From Glaucostegus cemiculus (Eukaryota), in NCBI GenBank assembly GCA_976551045.1, contig CDPCPM010000015.1, positions 10,540,001 to 10,604,000 on the forward strand: a DNA stretch of 64,000 nucleotides, in the 5' to 3' direction. A program made the translations under genes and the position numbers. The notes beneath the pieces are model-generated. The model was not told the origin of the DNA. It worked only from the letters and a program-made list of their open reading frames with translations, and ran no database searches. Below, piece by piece: positions 11,101-26,100 of this stretch (the first letter of the stretch is position 1; the number at the start of each line of letters is the position of its first letter).

Positions 11101-14100
11101 TCAAACAGTCAGCAACCGAGACGTGTGTTGCTTTCCATCCCACCTGATACACTTAGAACTGTGGTGGATTCCGGTGATAATGACTGTGCAGGTGAGCTTG
11201 GTGTTGCTGATGTGGAGATCGTTGACTGCCCTGAACCTGCTGTCGAAGCTGAAGCCTGTGCAGATGTGTCAACCGATGGCTCGGCTGAACCTGAACTGGC
11301 TCCCATCGATACACCTATCAGAAGAAAAGAGAAGCAATTTGCCCTGACGTTACCATCTACCTTATATCCTGGCACAGATGACCTGGTTGCATGCTGTTTC
11401 TCTCCGAAATGCAGTTTGCTCTTGCACAAACTTTTGCCTGCATAGCAAAACTGCAGATGGAATGCTATTGTGCCCACAGATGTCCCTGCCAGTAAAGGTC
11501 TTTCAAACAATAATTTCTTCTTACTTGTTTCTGCCGTATCCATCGTCAACGCAGTGCTTTCCTCTGAAGTCCATTGTGCCGCTGAGGGACTTGCCACTTT
11601 ACTCGGAGGACTCCGAGTTGAATGTGCACTTGTAGCTGTGGATGACAAAGAATCCATTGACTGCAGGTGTGCCTGATTCAGGATGCGAAAACACACTTCC
11701 AGTCTATCTGCACTTCGCTACTTCTATCCTCCTCTGCCGCTCATGCGAATCAAAGTATAGACACAGTTTAATCTGGCAGAGCAGACTGGGGACTTCCTTG
11801 GTCAGGAAAGCGAGGATGTGCACTACTGTTGTCGAAAGATTGGACATTCTGAAGTGCTTTGCAGATACTTGTTGCTTGCCTGACCCGGCTGCAGTTTGAC
11901 AAGAGTGCTTTGACCAGTGATAACCTACCTCCTTCAGTGTCCTCAACAGTCAGCGTGCTGTTTGACACCAAAGTTGATTTTGATCGAGAAGTTGCTGCCT
12001 TTTCACCAGAGGTTGTTGTCAGCACCGTTTCAGACGGGGATTGATTTGGCTCTGCGGATGTTTCAGATGGTTGAATGGCAGATGAACTTGCTGCAGCAGA
12101 AGATAGAAGTTGTTCATTACTCTCTGTGACTACCATAGGATAATAAGGGGGAACTGGGGACAATGACAGTGTCTTACTTCTTTCACTTGTGAGAAAGGAG
12201 CCAGTACTGCTGTCCAGTGTTGACGATACTGCTGCTGAGGAATTTGCTGTGGCTCTCTCACCGGTGGAGGATACAAACGAGTGTGCGGATGCATCGACAG
12301 CCAAGGTAGACTTTGTTGGTACTCCTGTCATTGTCGAAGGTTCTGAAAGTAGAGTGAACTCTGTGTTAAATGACCGTTTGTTCCCAATTGAAAAATGCTT
12401 CCTGCTCATTTCAGTGTCAAACAGTCAGCAACCGAGACGTGTGTTGCTTTCCATCCCACCTGATACACTTAGAACTGTGGTGGATTCCGGTGATAATGAC
12501 TGTGCAGATGAGCTTGGTGTTGCTGATGTGGAGATTGTTGACTGCCCTGAACCTGCTGTCGAAGCTGAAGCCTGTGCAGATGTGTCAACCGATGGCTTGG
12601 CTGAACCTGAACTGGCTCCCATCGATACACCTATCAGAAGAAAAGAGAAGCAATTTGCCCTGACGTTACCATCTACCTTATATCCTGGCACAGATGACCT
12701 GGTTGCATGCTGTTTCTCTCCGAAATGCAGTTTGCTCTTGCACAAACTTTTGCCTGCATAGCAAAACTGCAGATGGAATGCTATTGTGCCCACAGATGTC
12801 CCTGCCAGTAAAGGTCTTTCAAACAATAATTTCTTCTTACTTGTTTCTGCCGTATCCATCGTCACCGCAGTGCTTTCCTCTGAAGTCCATTGTGCCGCTG
12901 AGGGACTTGCCACTTTACTCGGAGGACTCCGAGTTGAATGTGCACTTGTAGCTGTGGATGACAAAGAATCCATTGACTGCAGGTGTGCCTGATTCAGGAT
13001 GCGAAAACACACTTCCAGCCTATCTGCACTTCGCTACTTCTATCCTGCTCTGCCGCACATGCGAATCAAAGTTTAGACACAGTTTAATCTGGCAGAGCAG
13101 ACTGGGGACTTCCTTGGTCAGGAAAGCGAGGATGTGCACTACTGTTGTCGAAAGATTGGACATTCTGAAGTGCTTTGCAGATACTTGTTGCTTGCCTGAC
13201 CCGCCTGCAGTTTGACAAGAGTGCTTTGACCAGTGATAACCTACCTCCTTCAGTGTCCTGAAGAGTCAGCGTGGCATTTGTCACCAATGTTGATTTTGAT
13301 CGAGAAGTTGCAGCCTGTTCTCCAGAAGTTGTTGTCAGCCATGTTTCAGACGAGGATAGCTTTGGCACTGCAGATGATGAAGATGAATGAACGGCAGATG
13401 AAACGGCTGCACCTGAAGATGGAAGTTGTTCATTACTCTCTGTGCTTTCCATATGGAAAAGGACAACTTGGGACAATGACATTGTCTTACTTGATTCACT
13501 TGTGAGAAAGGACCCAGTACTGCCATCCCGTGTCGACGATATTGCTGCTGGGGAACTTGCTGTTTCTCTTGCACTGGTGGATAGCACCGATGAGCATGGA
13601 GTTGCATCCTCAGCTAAGGTAGACACTGTTGGTGCTCCTGTAATTGTCGAAGGTTCTGAAAGTAAAGAGAAATTTTTGCTCAACAAGTGTTAGCTCCGAT
13701 TGGCAGAAAGTTGTCTGCTCATTTCAGTGTCGAACGGCGAGCAACCGAGACGTGTATTGCTTTCCATCCCACCTGATTCACTTCTGACTGTGGTGGATTC
13801 TGCTGATAATGACTGGGCTGCTGAACGTTGTGTTGTCAATGAAGGGAATGTTGACTGCCCCGAACCTCCTGTCGAAGCCGAATCCTGTGCAGAAGTGACA
13901 ACTGATGGCTCAGCTAATCCTCCAGTCAACGCTATCGATGGTCCTGTCAGAAGAAAAGAGAATTAATTTGCCCTGACATTGCCATGCCTCTTATCCTTGC
14001 ATATAAGAGCTGGCTGCTCGATGTTTCTCTCCCAAGTACAGTTTGCCTTTGTGTAAAACTTTGCATTCAGAGGAAATCAGGAAATGGAATGCAATCGTGA

Positions 14101-17100
14101 CAACTAATATCTCTGCCAAGCAAAGGAGTCGCAAATAATTATTTCCTCTCACTTGTTTCTCCTGTGTCCAATGTCACTGCAGTGCTCTCTTCTGATGACC
14201 ATTGCGCCGCTGAGGAGCTTGCCATTTTACTCAGAGGGCTCGATGTGGAATGCGGAGTTGTAGCTGTCGATGACAAAGAATGCACTTACTGCAGCTGTGT
14301 CTGAGTCAGGATTAGAAAACACATTTCCACACATTTGCAATCTGCATTCGGCTACTTCTACCTTCTGCCACTCAGGAGAATCCTAGGTTAAAGACAGCAT
14401 GAACTGGCAAAGGAGACCTGGGCACTTCCTTTATCTGCCATTTCATCATCTGCACATCTGTTGCTCAAAGACTGGACGTTATCAAGATCTTCGCAGATCC
14501 TTGTTGTTCCCCGCACTGGCTGCAGTTTGTCAAGTGTCTTTTGCTCAGTGATAACCTACCTCCTTCACTGTCGGCAAAAGTCAGCGTGCTGTTTGACACC
14601 AAAGTTGATTTTGATCGAGAAGTTACTGCCTTTTCACCAGAGGTTGTTGTCAGCACCGTTTCAGACGGGGATTGATTTGGCTCTGCGGATGTTTCAGATG
14701 GTTGAATGGCAGATGAACTTGCTGCACCAGAAGATAGAAGTTGTTCATTACTCTCTGTGACTACCATAGGATAATAAGGGGGAACTGGGGACCATGACAA
14801 TGTCTTACTTCTTTCACTTGTGAGAAAGGAGCCAGTACTGCTGTCCAGTGTTGACGATACTGCTGCTGAGGAATTTGCTGTGGCTCTCTCACCGGTGGAG
14901 GACACAAACGAGTGTGCGGATGCATCGACAGCCAAGGTAGACTTTGTTGGTACTCCCGTCATTGTCGAAGGTTCTGAAAGTAGAGTGAACTCTGTGTTAA
15001 ATGACCGTTTGTTCCCAATTGAAAAATGCTTCCTGCTCATTTCAGTGTCAAACAGTCAGCAACCGAGACGTGTGTTGCTTTCCATCCCACCTGATACACT
15101 TAGAACTGTGGTGGATTCTGGTGATAATGACTGTGCAGATGAGCTTGGTGTTGCTGATGTGGAGATCGTTGACTGCCCTGAACCTGCTGTCGAAGCTGAA
15201 GCCTGTGCAGATGTGTCAACCGGTGGCTCGGCTGAACCTGAACTGGCTCCCATCGATACACCTATCAGAAGAAAAGAGAAGCAATTTGCCCTGACGTTAC
15301 CATCTACCTTATATCCTGGCACAGATGACCTGGTTGCATGCTGTTTCTCTCCGAAATGCAGTTTGCACTTGCACAAACTTTTGCCTGCATAGCAAAACTG
15401 CAGATGGAATGCTATTGTGCCCACAGATGTCCCTGCCAGTAAAGGTCTTTCAAACAATAATTTCTTCTTACTTGTTTCTGCCGTATCCATCGTCACCGCA
15501 GTGCTTTCCTCTGAAGTCCATTGTGCCGCTGAGGGACTTGCCACTTTACTCGGAGGACTCCGAGTTGAATGTGCACTTGTAGCTGTGGATGACAAAGAAT
15601 CCATTGACTGCAGGTGTGCCTGATTCAGGATGCGAAAACACACTTCCAGTCTATCTGCACTTCGCTACTTCTATCCTCCTCTGCCGCACATGCGAATCAA
15701 AGTTTAGACACAGTTTAATCTGGCAGAGCAGACTGGGGACTTCCTTGGTCAGGAAAGCGAGGATGTGCACTACTGTTGTCGAAAGATTGGACATTCTGAA
15801 GTGCTTTGCAGATACTTGTTGCTTGCCTGACCCGGCTGCAGTTTGACAAGAGTGCTTTGACCAGTGATAACCTACCTCCTTCAGTGTCCTGTAGAGTCAG
15901 CGTGGCAATTGTCACCAATGTTGATTTTGATCGAGAAGTTGCAGCCTGTTCTCCAGAAGTTGTTGTCAGCCATGTTTCAGACGAGGATAGCTTTGGCACT
16001 GCAGATGATGAAGATGAATGAATGGCAGATGAAACGGCTGCACCTGAAGATGGAAGTCGTTCATTACTCTCTGTGCTTTTCATGTGGAAAAGGACAACTC
16101 GGGACAATGACATTGTCTTACTTGATTCACTTGTGAGGAAGGACCCAGTACTGCCGTCCCGTGTCGACGATATTGCTGCTGGGGAACTTGCTGTTTCTCT
16201 TGCACTGGTGGATAGCACCGATGAGCGTGGAGTTGCATCCTCAGCTAAGGTAGACACTGTTGGTGCTCCTGTAATTGTCGAAGGTTCTGAAAGTAAAGAG
16301 AAATTTTTGCTCAACAAGTGTTAGCTCCGATTTGCAGAAAGTTGTCTGCTCATTTCAGTGTCGAACGGCGAGCAACCGAGACGTGTATTGCTTTCCATCC
16401 CACCTGATTCACTTCTGACTGTGGTGGATTCTGCTGATAATGACTGGGCTGCTGAACGTTGTGTTGTCGATGAAGGGAATGTTGACTGCCCCGAACCTCC
16501 TGTCGAAGCCGAATCCTGTGCAGAAGTGACAACTGATGGCTCAGCTAATCCTCCAGTCAACACTATCGATGGTCCTGTCAGAAGAAAAGAGAATTAATTT
16601 GCCCTGACATTGCCATGCCTCTTATCCTTGCATATAAGAGCTGGCTGCTCGATGTTTCGCTCCCAAGTACAGTTTGCCTCTGCGTAAAACTTTGCATTCA
16701 GCGGAAATCAGGAAATGGAATGCAATCGTGACAACTAATATCTCTGCCAAGCAAAGGTGTCTCAAATAGTTATTTCCTCTCACTTGTTTCTCCTGTGTCC
16801 AATGTCACTGCAGTGCTCTCTTCTGATGACCATTGCGCCGCTGAGGAGCTTGCCATTTTACTCAGAGGGCTCGATGTGGAATGTGGAGTTGTAGCTGTCG
16901 ATGACAAAGAATGCACTTACTGCAGCTGTGTCTGAGTCAGGATTAGAAAACACATTTCCACACATTTGCAATCTGCATTCGGCTACTTCTACCTTCTGCC
17001 ACTCAGGAGAATCCTAGGTTAAAGACAGCATGAACTGGCAAAGGAGACCTGGGCACTTCCTTTATCTGCCATTTCATCATCTGCACATCTGTTGCTCAAA

Positions 17101-20100
17101 GATTGGACGTTATCAAGATCTTCGCAGATCCTTGTTGTTCCCCGCACTGGCTGCAGTTTGACAAGTGTCTTTTGCTCAGTGATAACCTACCTCCTTCACT
17201 GTCGGCAAGAGTCAGCGTGCTGTTTGACACCAAAGTTGATTTTGATCGAGAAGTTGCTGCCTTTTCACCAGAGGTTGTTGTCAGCACCGTTTCAGACGGG
17301 GATTGATTTGGCTCTGCGGATGTTTCAGATGGTTGAATGGCAGATGAACTTGCTGCACCAGAAGATAGAAGTTGTTCATTACTCTCTGTGACTACCAAAG
17401 GATAATAAGGGGCAACTGGAGACCATGACAATGTCTTACTTCTTTCACTTGTGAGAAAGGAGCCAGTACTGCTGTCCAGTGTTGATGATATTGCTGCTGA
17501 GGAATTTGCTGTGGCTCTCTCACCGGTGGAGGACACAAACGAGTGTGCGGATGCATCGACAGCCAAGGTAGACTTTGTTGGTACTCCTGTCATTGTCGAA
17601 GGTTCTGAAAGTAGAGTGAACTCTGTGTTAAATGACCGTTTGTTTCCAATTGAAAATTGCTTCCTGCTCATTTCAGTGTCAAACAGTCAGCAACCGAGAC
17701 GTGTGTTGCTTTCCATCCCACCTGATACACTTAGAACTGTGGTGGATTCCGGTGATAATGACTGTGCAGATGAGCTTGGTGTTGCTGATGTGGAGATCGT
17801 TGACTGCCCTGAACCTGCTGTCGAAGCTGAAGCCTGTGCAGATGTGTCAACCGATGGCTCGGCTGAACCTGAACTGGCTCCCATCGATACACCTATCAGA
17901 AGAAAAGAGAAGCAATTTGCCCTGACGTTACCATCTACCTTATATCCTTGCACAGATGACCTGGTTGCATGCTGTTTCTCTCCGAAATGCAGTTTGCTCT
18001 TGCACAAACTTTTGCCTGCATAGCAAAACTGCAGATGGAATGCTATTGTGCCCACAGATGTCCCTGCCAGTAAAGGTCTTTCAAACAATAATTTCTTCTT
18101 ACTTGTTTCTGCCGTATCCATCGTCACCGCAGTGCTTTCCTCTGAAGTCCATTGTGCCGCTGAGGGACTTGCCACTTTACTCGGAGGACTCCGAGTTGAA
18201 TGTGCACTTGTAGCTGTGGATGACAAAGAATCCATTGACTGCAGGTGTGCCTGATTCAGGATGCAAAAACACACTTCCAGTCTATCTGCACTTCGCTACT
18301 TCTATCCTCCTCTGCCGCACATGCGAATCAAAGTTTAGACACAGTTTAATCTGGCAGAGCAGACTGGGGACTTCCTTGGTCAGGAAAGCGAGGATGTGCA
18401 CTACTGTTGTCAAAAGATTGGACATTCTGAAGTGCTTTGCAGATACTTGTTGCTTGCCTGACCCGGCTGCAGTTTGACAAGAGTGCTTTGACCAGTGATA
18501 ACCTACCTCCTTCAGTGTCCTGAAGAGTCAGCGTGGCATTTGTCACCAATGTTGATTTTGATCGAGAAGTTGCAGCCTGTTCTCCAGAAGTTGTTGTCAG
18601 CCATGTTTCAGACGAGGATAGCTTTGGCACTGCAGATGATGAAGATGAATGAATGGCAGATGAAACTGCTGCACCTGAAGATGGAAGTCGTTCATTACTC
18701 TCTGTGCTTTCCATATGGAAAAGGACAACTCGGGACAATGACATTGTCTTACTTGATTCACTTGTGAGAAAGGACCCAGTACTGCCGTCCCGTGTCGACG
18801 ATATTGCTGCTGGGGAACTTGCTGTTTCTCTTGCACTGGTGGATAGCACCGATGAGCGTGGAGTTGCATCCTCAGCTAAGGTAGACACTGTTGGTGCTCC
18901 TGTAATTGTCGAAGGTTCTGAAAGTAAAGAGAAATTTTTGCTCAACAAGTGTTAGCTCCGATTTGCAGAAAGTTGTCTGCTCATTTCAGTGTCGAACGGC
19001 GAGCAACCGAGACGTGTATTGCTTTCCATCCCACCTGATTCACTTCTGACTGTGGTGGATTCTGCTGATAATGACTGGGCTGCTGAACGTTGTGTTGTCG
19101 ATGAAGGGAATGTTGACTGCCCCGAACCTCCTGTCGAAGCCGAATCCTGTGCAGAAGTGACAACTGATGGCTCAGCTAATCCTCCAGTCAACGCTATCGA
19201 TGGTCCTGTCAGAAGAAAAGAGAATTAATTTGCCCTGACATTGCCATGCCTCTTATCCTTGCATATAAGAGCTGGCTGCTCGATGTTTCGCTCCCAAGTA
19301 CAGTTTGCCTCTGCGTAAAACTTTGCATTCAGAGGAAATCAGGAAATGGAATGCAATCGTGACAACTAATATCTCTGCCAAGCAAAGGTGTCTCAAATAA
19401 TTATTTCCTCTCACTTGTTTCTCCTGTGTCCAATGTCACTGCAGTGCTCTCTTCTGATGACCACTGCGCCGCTGAGGAGCTTGCCATTTTACTCAGAGGG
19501 CTCGATGTGGAATGTGGAGTTGTAGCTGTCGATGACAAAGAATGCACTTACTGCAGCTGTGTCTGAGTCAGGATTAGAAAACACATTTCCACACATTTGC
19601 AATCTGCATTCGGCTACTTCTACCTTCTGCCACTCAGCGGAATCTAAGCTTAAAGACAGCATGAACTGGCAAAGGAGACCTGGGCACTTCCTTTATCTGC
19701 CATTTCATCATCTGCACATCTGTTGCTCAAAGACTGGACGTTATCAAGATCTTCGCAGATCCTTGTTGTTCCCCGCACTGGCTGCAGTTTGACAAGTGTC
19801 TTTTGCTCAGTGATAACCTACCTCCTTCACTGTCGGCAAGAGTCAGCGTGCTGTTTGACACCAAAGTTGATTTTGATCGAGAAGTTGCTGCCTTTTCACC
19901 AGAGGTTGTTGTCAGCACCGTTTCAGACGGGGATTGATTTGGCTCTGCGGATGTTTCAGATGGTTGAATGGCAGATGAACTTGCTGCACCAGAAGATAGA
20001 AGTTGTTCATTACTCTCTGTGACTACCATAGGATAATAAGGGGGAACTGGGGACCATGACAATGTCTTACTTCTTTCACTTGTGAGAAAGGAGCCAGTAC

Positions 20101-23100
20101 TGCTGTCCAGTGTTGACGATATTGCTGCTGAGGAATTTGCTGTGGCTCTCTCACCAGTGGAGGACACAAACGAGTGTGCGGATGCATCGACAGCCAAGGT
20201 AGACTTTGTTGGTACTCCTGTCATTGTCAAAGGTTCTGAAAGTAGAGTGAACTCTGTGTTAAATGACCGTTTGTTCCCAATTGAAAAATGCTTCCTGCTC
20301 ATTTCAGTGTCAAACAGTCAGCAACCGAGACGTGTGTTGCTTTCCATCCCACCTGATACACTTAGAACTGTGGTGGATTCCGGTGATAATGACTGTGCAG
20401 ATGAGCTTGGTGTTGCTGATGTGGAGATCGTTGACTGCCCTGAACCTGCTGTCGAAGCTGAAGCCTGTGCAGATGTGTCAACCGATGGCTCGGCTGAACC
20501 TGAACTGGCTCCCATCGATACACCTATCAGAAGAAAAGAGAAGCAATTTGCCCTGACGTTACCATCTTCCTTATATCCTTGCACAGATGACCTGGTTGCA
20601 TGCTGTTTCTCTCCGAAATGCAGTTTGCTCTTGCACAAACTTTTGCCTGCATAGCAAAACTGCAGATGGAATGCTATTGTGCCCACAGATGTCCCTGCCA
20701 GTAAAGGTCTTTCAAACAATAATTTCTTCTTACTTGTTTCTGCCGTATCCATCGTCACCGCAGTGCTTTCCTCTGAAGTCCATTGTGCCGCTGAGGGACT
20801 TGCCACTTTACTCGGAGGACTCCGAGTTGAATGTGCACTTGTAGCTGTGGATGACAAAGAATCCATTGACTGCAGGTGTGCCTGATTCAGGATGCGAAAA
20901 CACACTTCCAGTCTATCTGCACTTCGCTACTTCTATCCTCCTCTGCCGCACATGCGAATCAAAGTTTAGACACAGTTTAATCTGGCAGAGCAGACTGGGG
21001 ACTTCCTTGGTCAGGAAAGCGAGGATGTGCACTACTGTTGTCAAAAGATTGGACATTCTGAAGTGCTTTGCAGATACTTGTTGCTTGCCTGACCCGGCTG
21101 CAGTTTGACAAGAGTGCTTTGACCAGTGATAACCTACCTCCTTCAGTGTCCTGAAGAGTCAGCGTGGCATTTGTCACCAATGTTGATTTTGATCGAGAAG
21201 TTGCAGCCTGTTCTCCAGAAGTTGTTGTCAGCCATGTTTCAGACGAGGATAGCTTTGGCACTGCAGATGATGAAGATGAATGAATGGCAGATGAAACTGC
21301 TGCACCTGAAGATGGAAGTCGTTCATTACTCTCTGTGCTTTCCATATGGAAAAGGACAACTCGGGACAATGACATTGTCTTACTTGATTCACTTGTGAGA
21401 AAGGACCCAGTACTGCCGTCCCGTGTCGACGATATTGCTGCTGGGGAACTTGCTGTTTCTCTTGCACTGGTGGATAGCACCGATGAGCGTGGAGTTGCAT
21501 CCTCAGCTAAGGTAGACACTGTTGGTGCTCCTGTAATTGTCGAAGGTTCTGAAAGTAAAGAGAAATTTTTGCTCAACAAGTGTTAGCTCCGATTTGCAGA
21601 AAGTTGTCTGCTCATTTCAGTGTCGAACGGCGAGCAACCGAGACGTGTATTGCTTTCCATCCCACCTGATTCACTTCTGACTGTGGTGGATTCTGCTGAT
21701 AATGACTGGGCTGCTGAACGTTGTGTTGTCGATGAAGGGAATGTTGACTGCCCCGAACCTCCTGTCGAAGCCGAATCCTGTGCAGAAGTGACAACTGATG
21801 GCTCAGCTAATCCTCCAGTCAACGCTATCGATGGTCCTGTCAGAAGAAAAGAGAATTAATTTGCCCTGACATTGCCATGCCTCTTATCCTTGCATATAAG
21901 AGCTGGCTGCTCGATGTTTCGCTCCCAAGTACAGTTTGCCTCTGCGTAAAACTTTGCATTCAGAGGAAATCAGGAAATGGAATGCAATCGTGACAACTAA
22001 TATCTCTGCCAAGCAAAGGTGTCTCAAATAATTATTTCCTCTCACTTGTTTCTCCTGTGTCCAATGTCACTGCAGTGCTCTCTTCTGATGACCACTGCGC
22101 CGCTGAGGAGCTTGCCATTTTACTCAGAGGGCTCGATGTGGAATGTGGAGTTGTAGCTGTCGATGACAAAGAATGCACTTACTGCAGCTGTGTCTGAGTC
22201 AGGATTAGAAAACACATTTCCACACATTTGCAATCTGCATTCGGCTACTTCTACCTTCTGCCACTCAGCGGAATCTAAGCTTAAAGACAGCATGAACTGG
22301 CAAAGGAGACCTGGGCACTTCCTTTATCTGCCATTTCATCATCTGCACATCTGTTGCTCAAAGACTGGACGTTATCAAGATCTTCGCAGATCCTTGTTGT
22401 TCCCCGCACTGGCTGCAGTTTGACAAGTGTCTTTTGCTCAGTGATAACCTACCTCCTTCACTGTCGGCAAGAGTCAGCGTGCTGTTTGACACCAAAGTTG
22501 ATTTTGATCGAGAAGTTGCTGCCTTTTCACCAGAGGTTGTTGTCAGCACCGTTTCAGACGGGGATTGATTTGGCTCTGCGGATGTTTCAGATGGTTGAAT
22601 GGCAGATGAACTTGCTGCACCAGAAGATAGAAGTTGTTCATTACTCTCTGTGACTACCATAGGATAATAAGGGGGAACTGGGGACCATGACAATGTCTTA
22701 CTTCTTTCACTTGTGAGAAAGGAGCCAGTACTGCTGTCCAGTGTTGACGATATTGCTGCTGAGGAATTTGCTGTGGCTCTCTCACCAGTGGAGGACACAA
22801 ACGAGTGTGCGGATGCATCGACAGCCAAGGTAGACTTTGTTGGTACTCCTGTCATTGTCAAAGGTTCTGAAAGTAGAGTGAACTCTGTGTTAAATGACCG
22901 TTTGTTCCCAATTGAAAAATGCTTCCTGCTCATTTCAGTGTCAAACAGTCAGCAACCGAGACGTGTGTTGCTTTCCATCCCACCTGATACACTTAGAACT
23001 GTGGTGGATTCCGGTGATAATGACTGTGCAGATGAGCTTGGTGTTGCTGATGTGGAGATCGTTGACTGCCCTGAACCTGCTGTCGAAGCTGAAGCCTGTG

Positions 23101-26100
23101 CAGACGTGTCAACCGATGGCTCGGCTGAACCTGAACTGGCTCCCATCGATACACCTATCAGAAGAAAAGAGAAGCAATTTGCCCTGACGTTACCATCTAC
23201 CTTATATCCTTGCACAGATGACCTGGTTGCATGCTGTTTCTCTCCGAAATGCAGTTTGCTCTTGCACAAACTTTTGCCTGCATAGCAAAACTGCAGATGG
23301 AATGCTATTGTGCCCACAGATGTCCCTGCCAGTAAAGGTCTTTCAAACAATAATTTCTTCTTACTTGTTTCTGCCGTATCCATCGTCACCGCAGTGCTTT
23401 CCTCTGAAGTCCATTGTGCCGCTGAGGGACTTGCCACTTTACTCGGAGGACTCCGAGTTGAATGTGCACTTGTAGCTGTGGATGACAAAGAATCCATTGA
23501 CTGCAGGTGTGCCTGATTCAGGATGCGAAAACACACTTCCAGTCTATCTGCACTTCGCTACTTCTATCCTCCTCTGCCGCACATGCGAATCAAAGTTTAG
23601 ACACAGTTTAATCTGGCAGAGCAGACTGGGGACTTCCTTGGTCAGGAAAGCGAGGATGTGCACTACTGTTGTCAAAAGATTGGACATTCTGAAGTGCTTT
23701 GCAGATACTTGTTGCTTGCCTGACCCGGCTGCAGTTTGACAAGAGTGCTTTGACCAGTGATAACCTACCTCCTTCAGTGTCCTGAAGAGTCAGCGTGGCA
23801 TTTGTCACCAATGTTGATTTTGATCGAGAAGTTGCAGCCTGTTCTCCAGAAGTTGTTGTCAGCCATGTTTCAGACGAGGATAGCTTTGGCACTGCAGATG
23901 ATGAAGATGAATGAACGGCAGATGAAACGGCTGCACCTGAAGATGGAAGTCGTTCATTACTCTCTGTGCTTTCCATATGGAAAAGGACAACTCGGGACAA
24001 TGACATTGTCTTACTTGATTCACTTGTGAGAAAGGACCCAGTACTGCCGTCCCGTGTCGACGATATTGCTGCTGGGGAACTTGCTGTTTCTCTTGCACTG
24101 GTGGATAGCACCGATGAGCGTGGAGTTGCATCCTCAGCTAAGGTAGACACTGTTGGTGCTCCTGTAATTGTCGAAGGTTCTGAAAGTAAAGAGAAATTTT
24201 TGCTCAACAAGTGTTAGCTCCGATTTGCAGAAAGTTGTCTGCTCATTTCAGTGTCGAACGGCGAGCAACCGAGACGTGTATTGCTTTCCATCCCACCTGA
24301 TTCACTTCTGACTGTGGTGGATTCTGGTGATAATGACTGTGCTGCTGAACGTTGTGTTGTCGATGAAGGGAATGTTGACTGCCCCGAACCTCCTGTCGAA
24401 GCCGAATCCTGTGCAGATGTGACAACTGATGGCTCAGCTAATCCTCCAGTCAACGCTATCGATGGTCCTGTCAGAAAAAAAGAGAATTAATTTGCCCTGA
24501 CATTGCCATGCCTCTTATCCTTGCATATAAGAGCTGGCTGCTCGATGTTTCTCTCCCAAGTACAGTTTGCCTTTGTGTAAAACTTTGCATTCAGAGGAAA
24601 TCAGGAAATGGAATGCAATCGTGACAACTAATATCTCTGCCAAGCAAAGGAGTCTCAAATAATTATTTCCTCTCACTTGTTTCTCCTGTGTCCAATGTCA
24701 CTGCAGTGCTCTCTTCTGATGACCATTGCGCCGCTGAGGAGCTTGCCATTTTACTCAGAGGGCTCGATGTGGAATGTGGAGTTGTAGCTGTCGATGACAA
24801 AGAATGCACTTACTGCAGCTGTGTCTGAGTCAGGATTAGAAAACACATTTCCACACATTTGCAATCTGCATTCGGCTACTTCGACCTTCTGCCACTCAGC
24901 GGAATCTAAGCTTAAAGACAGCATGAACTGGCAAAGGAGACCTGGGCACTTCCTTTATCTGCCATTTCATCATCTGCACATCTGTTGCTCAAAGACTGGA
25001 CGTTATCAAGATCTTCGCAGATCCTTGTTGTTCCCCGCACTGGCTGCAGTTTGACAAGTGTCTTTTGCTCAGTGATAACCTACCTCCTTCACTGTCGGCA
25101 AGAGTCAGCGTGCTGTTTGACACCAAAGTTGATTTTGATCGAGAAGTTGCTGCCTTTTCACCAGAGGTTGTTGTCAGCACCGTTTCAGACGGGGATTGAT
25201 TTGGCTCTGCGGATGTTTCAGATGGTTGAATGGCAGATGAACTTGCTGCACCAGAAGATAGAAGTTGTTCATTACTCTCTGTGACTACCATAGGATAATA
25301 AGGGGGAACTGGGGACCATGACAATGTCTTACTTCTTTCACTTGTGAGAAAGGAGCCAGTACTGCTGTCCAGTGTTGACGATATTGCTGCTGAGGAATTT
25401 GCTGTGGCTCTCTCACCAGTGGAGGACACAAACGAGTGTGCGGATGCATCGACAGCCAAGGTAGACTTTGTTGGTACTCCTGTCATTGTCGAAGGTTCTG
25501 AAAGTAGAGTGAACTCTGTGTTAAATGACCGTTTGTTCCCAATTGAAAAATGCTTCCTGATCATTTCAGTGTCATACAGTCAGCAACCGAGACGTGTGTT
25601 GCTTTCCATCCCACCTGATACACTTAGAACTGTGGTGGATTCCGGTGATAATGACTGTGCAGATGAGCTTGGTGTTGCTGATGTGGAGATCGTTGACTGC
25701 CCTGAACCTGCTGTCGAAGCTGAAGCCTGTGCAGATGTGTCAACCGATGGCTCGGCTGAACCTGAACTGGCTCCCATCGATACACCTATCAGAAGAAAAG
25801 AGAAGCAATTTGCCCTGACGTTACCATCTACCTTATATCCTTGCACAGATGACCTGGTTGCATGCTGTTTCTCTCCGAAATGCAGTTTGCTCTTGCACAA
25901 ACTTTTGCCTGCATAGCAAAACTGCAGATGGAATGCTATTGTGCCCACAGATGTCCCTGCCAGTAAAGGCCTTTCAAACAATAATTTCTTCTTACTTGTT
26001 TCTGCCGTATCCATCGTCACCGCAGTGCTTTCCTCTGAAGTCCATTGTGCCGCTGAGGGACTTGCCACTTTACTCGGAGGACTCCGAGTTGAATGTGCAC

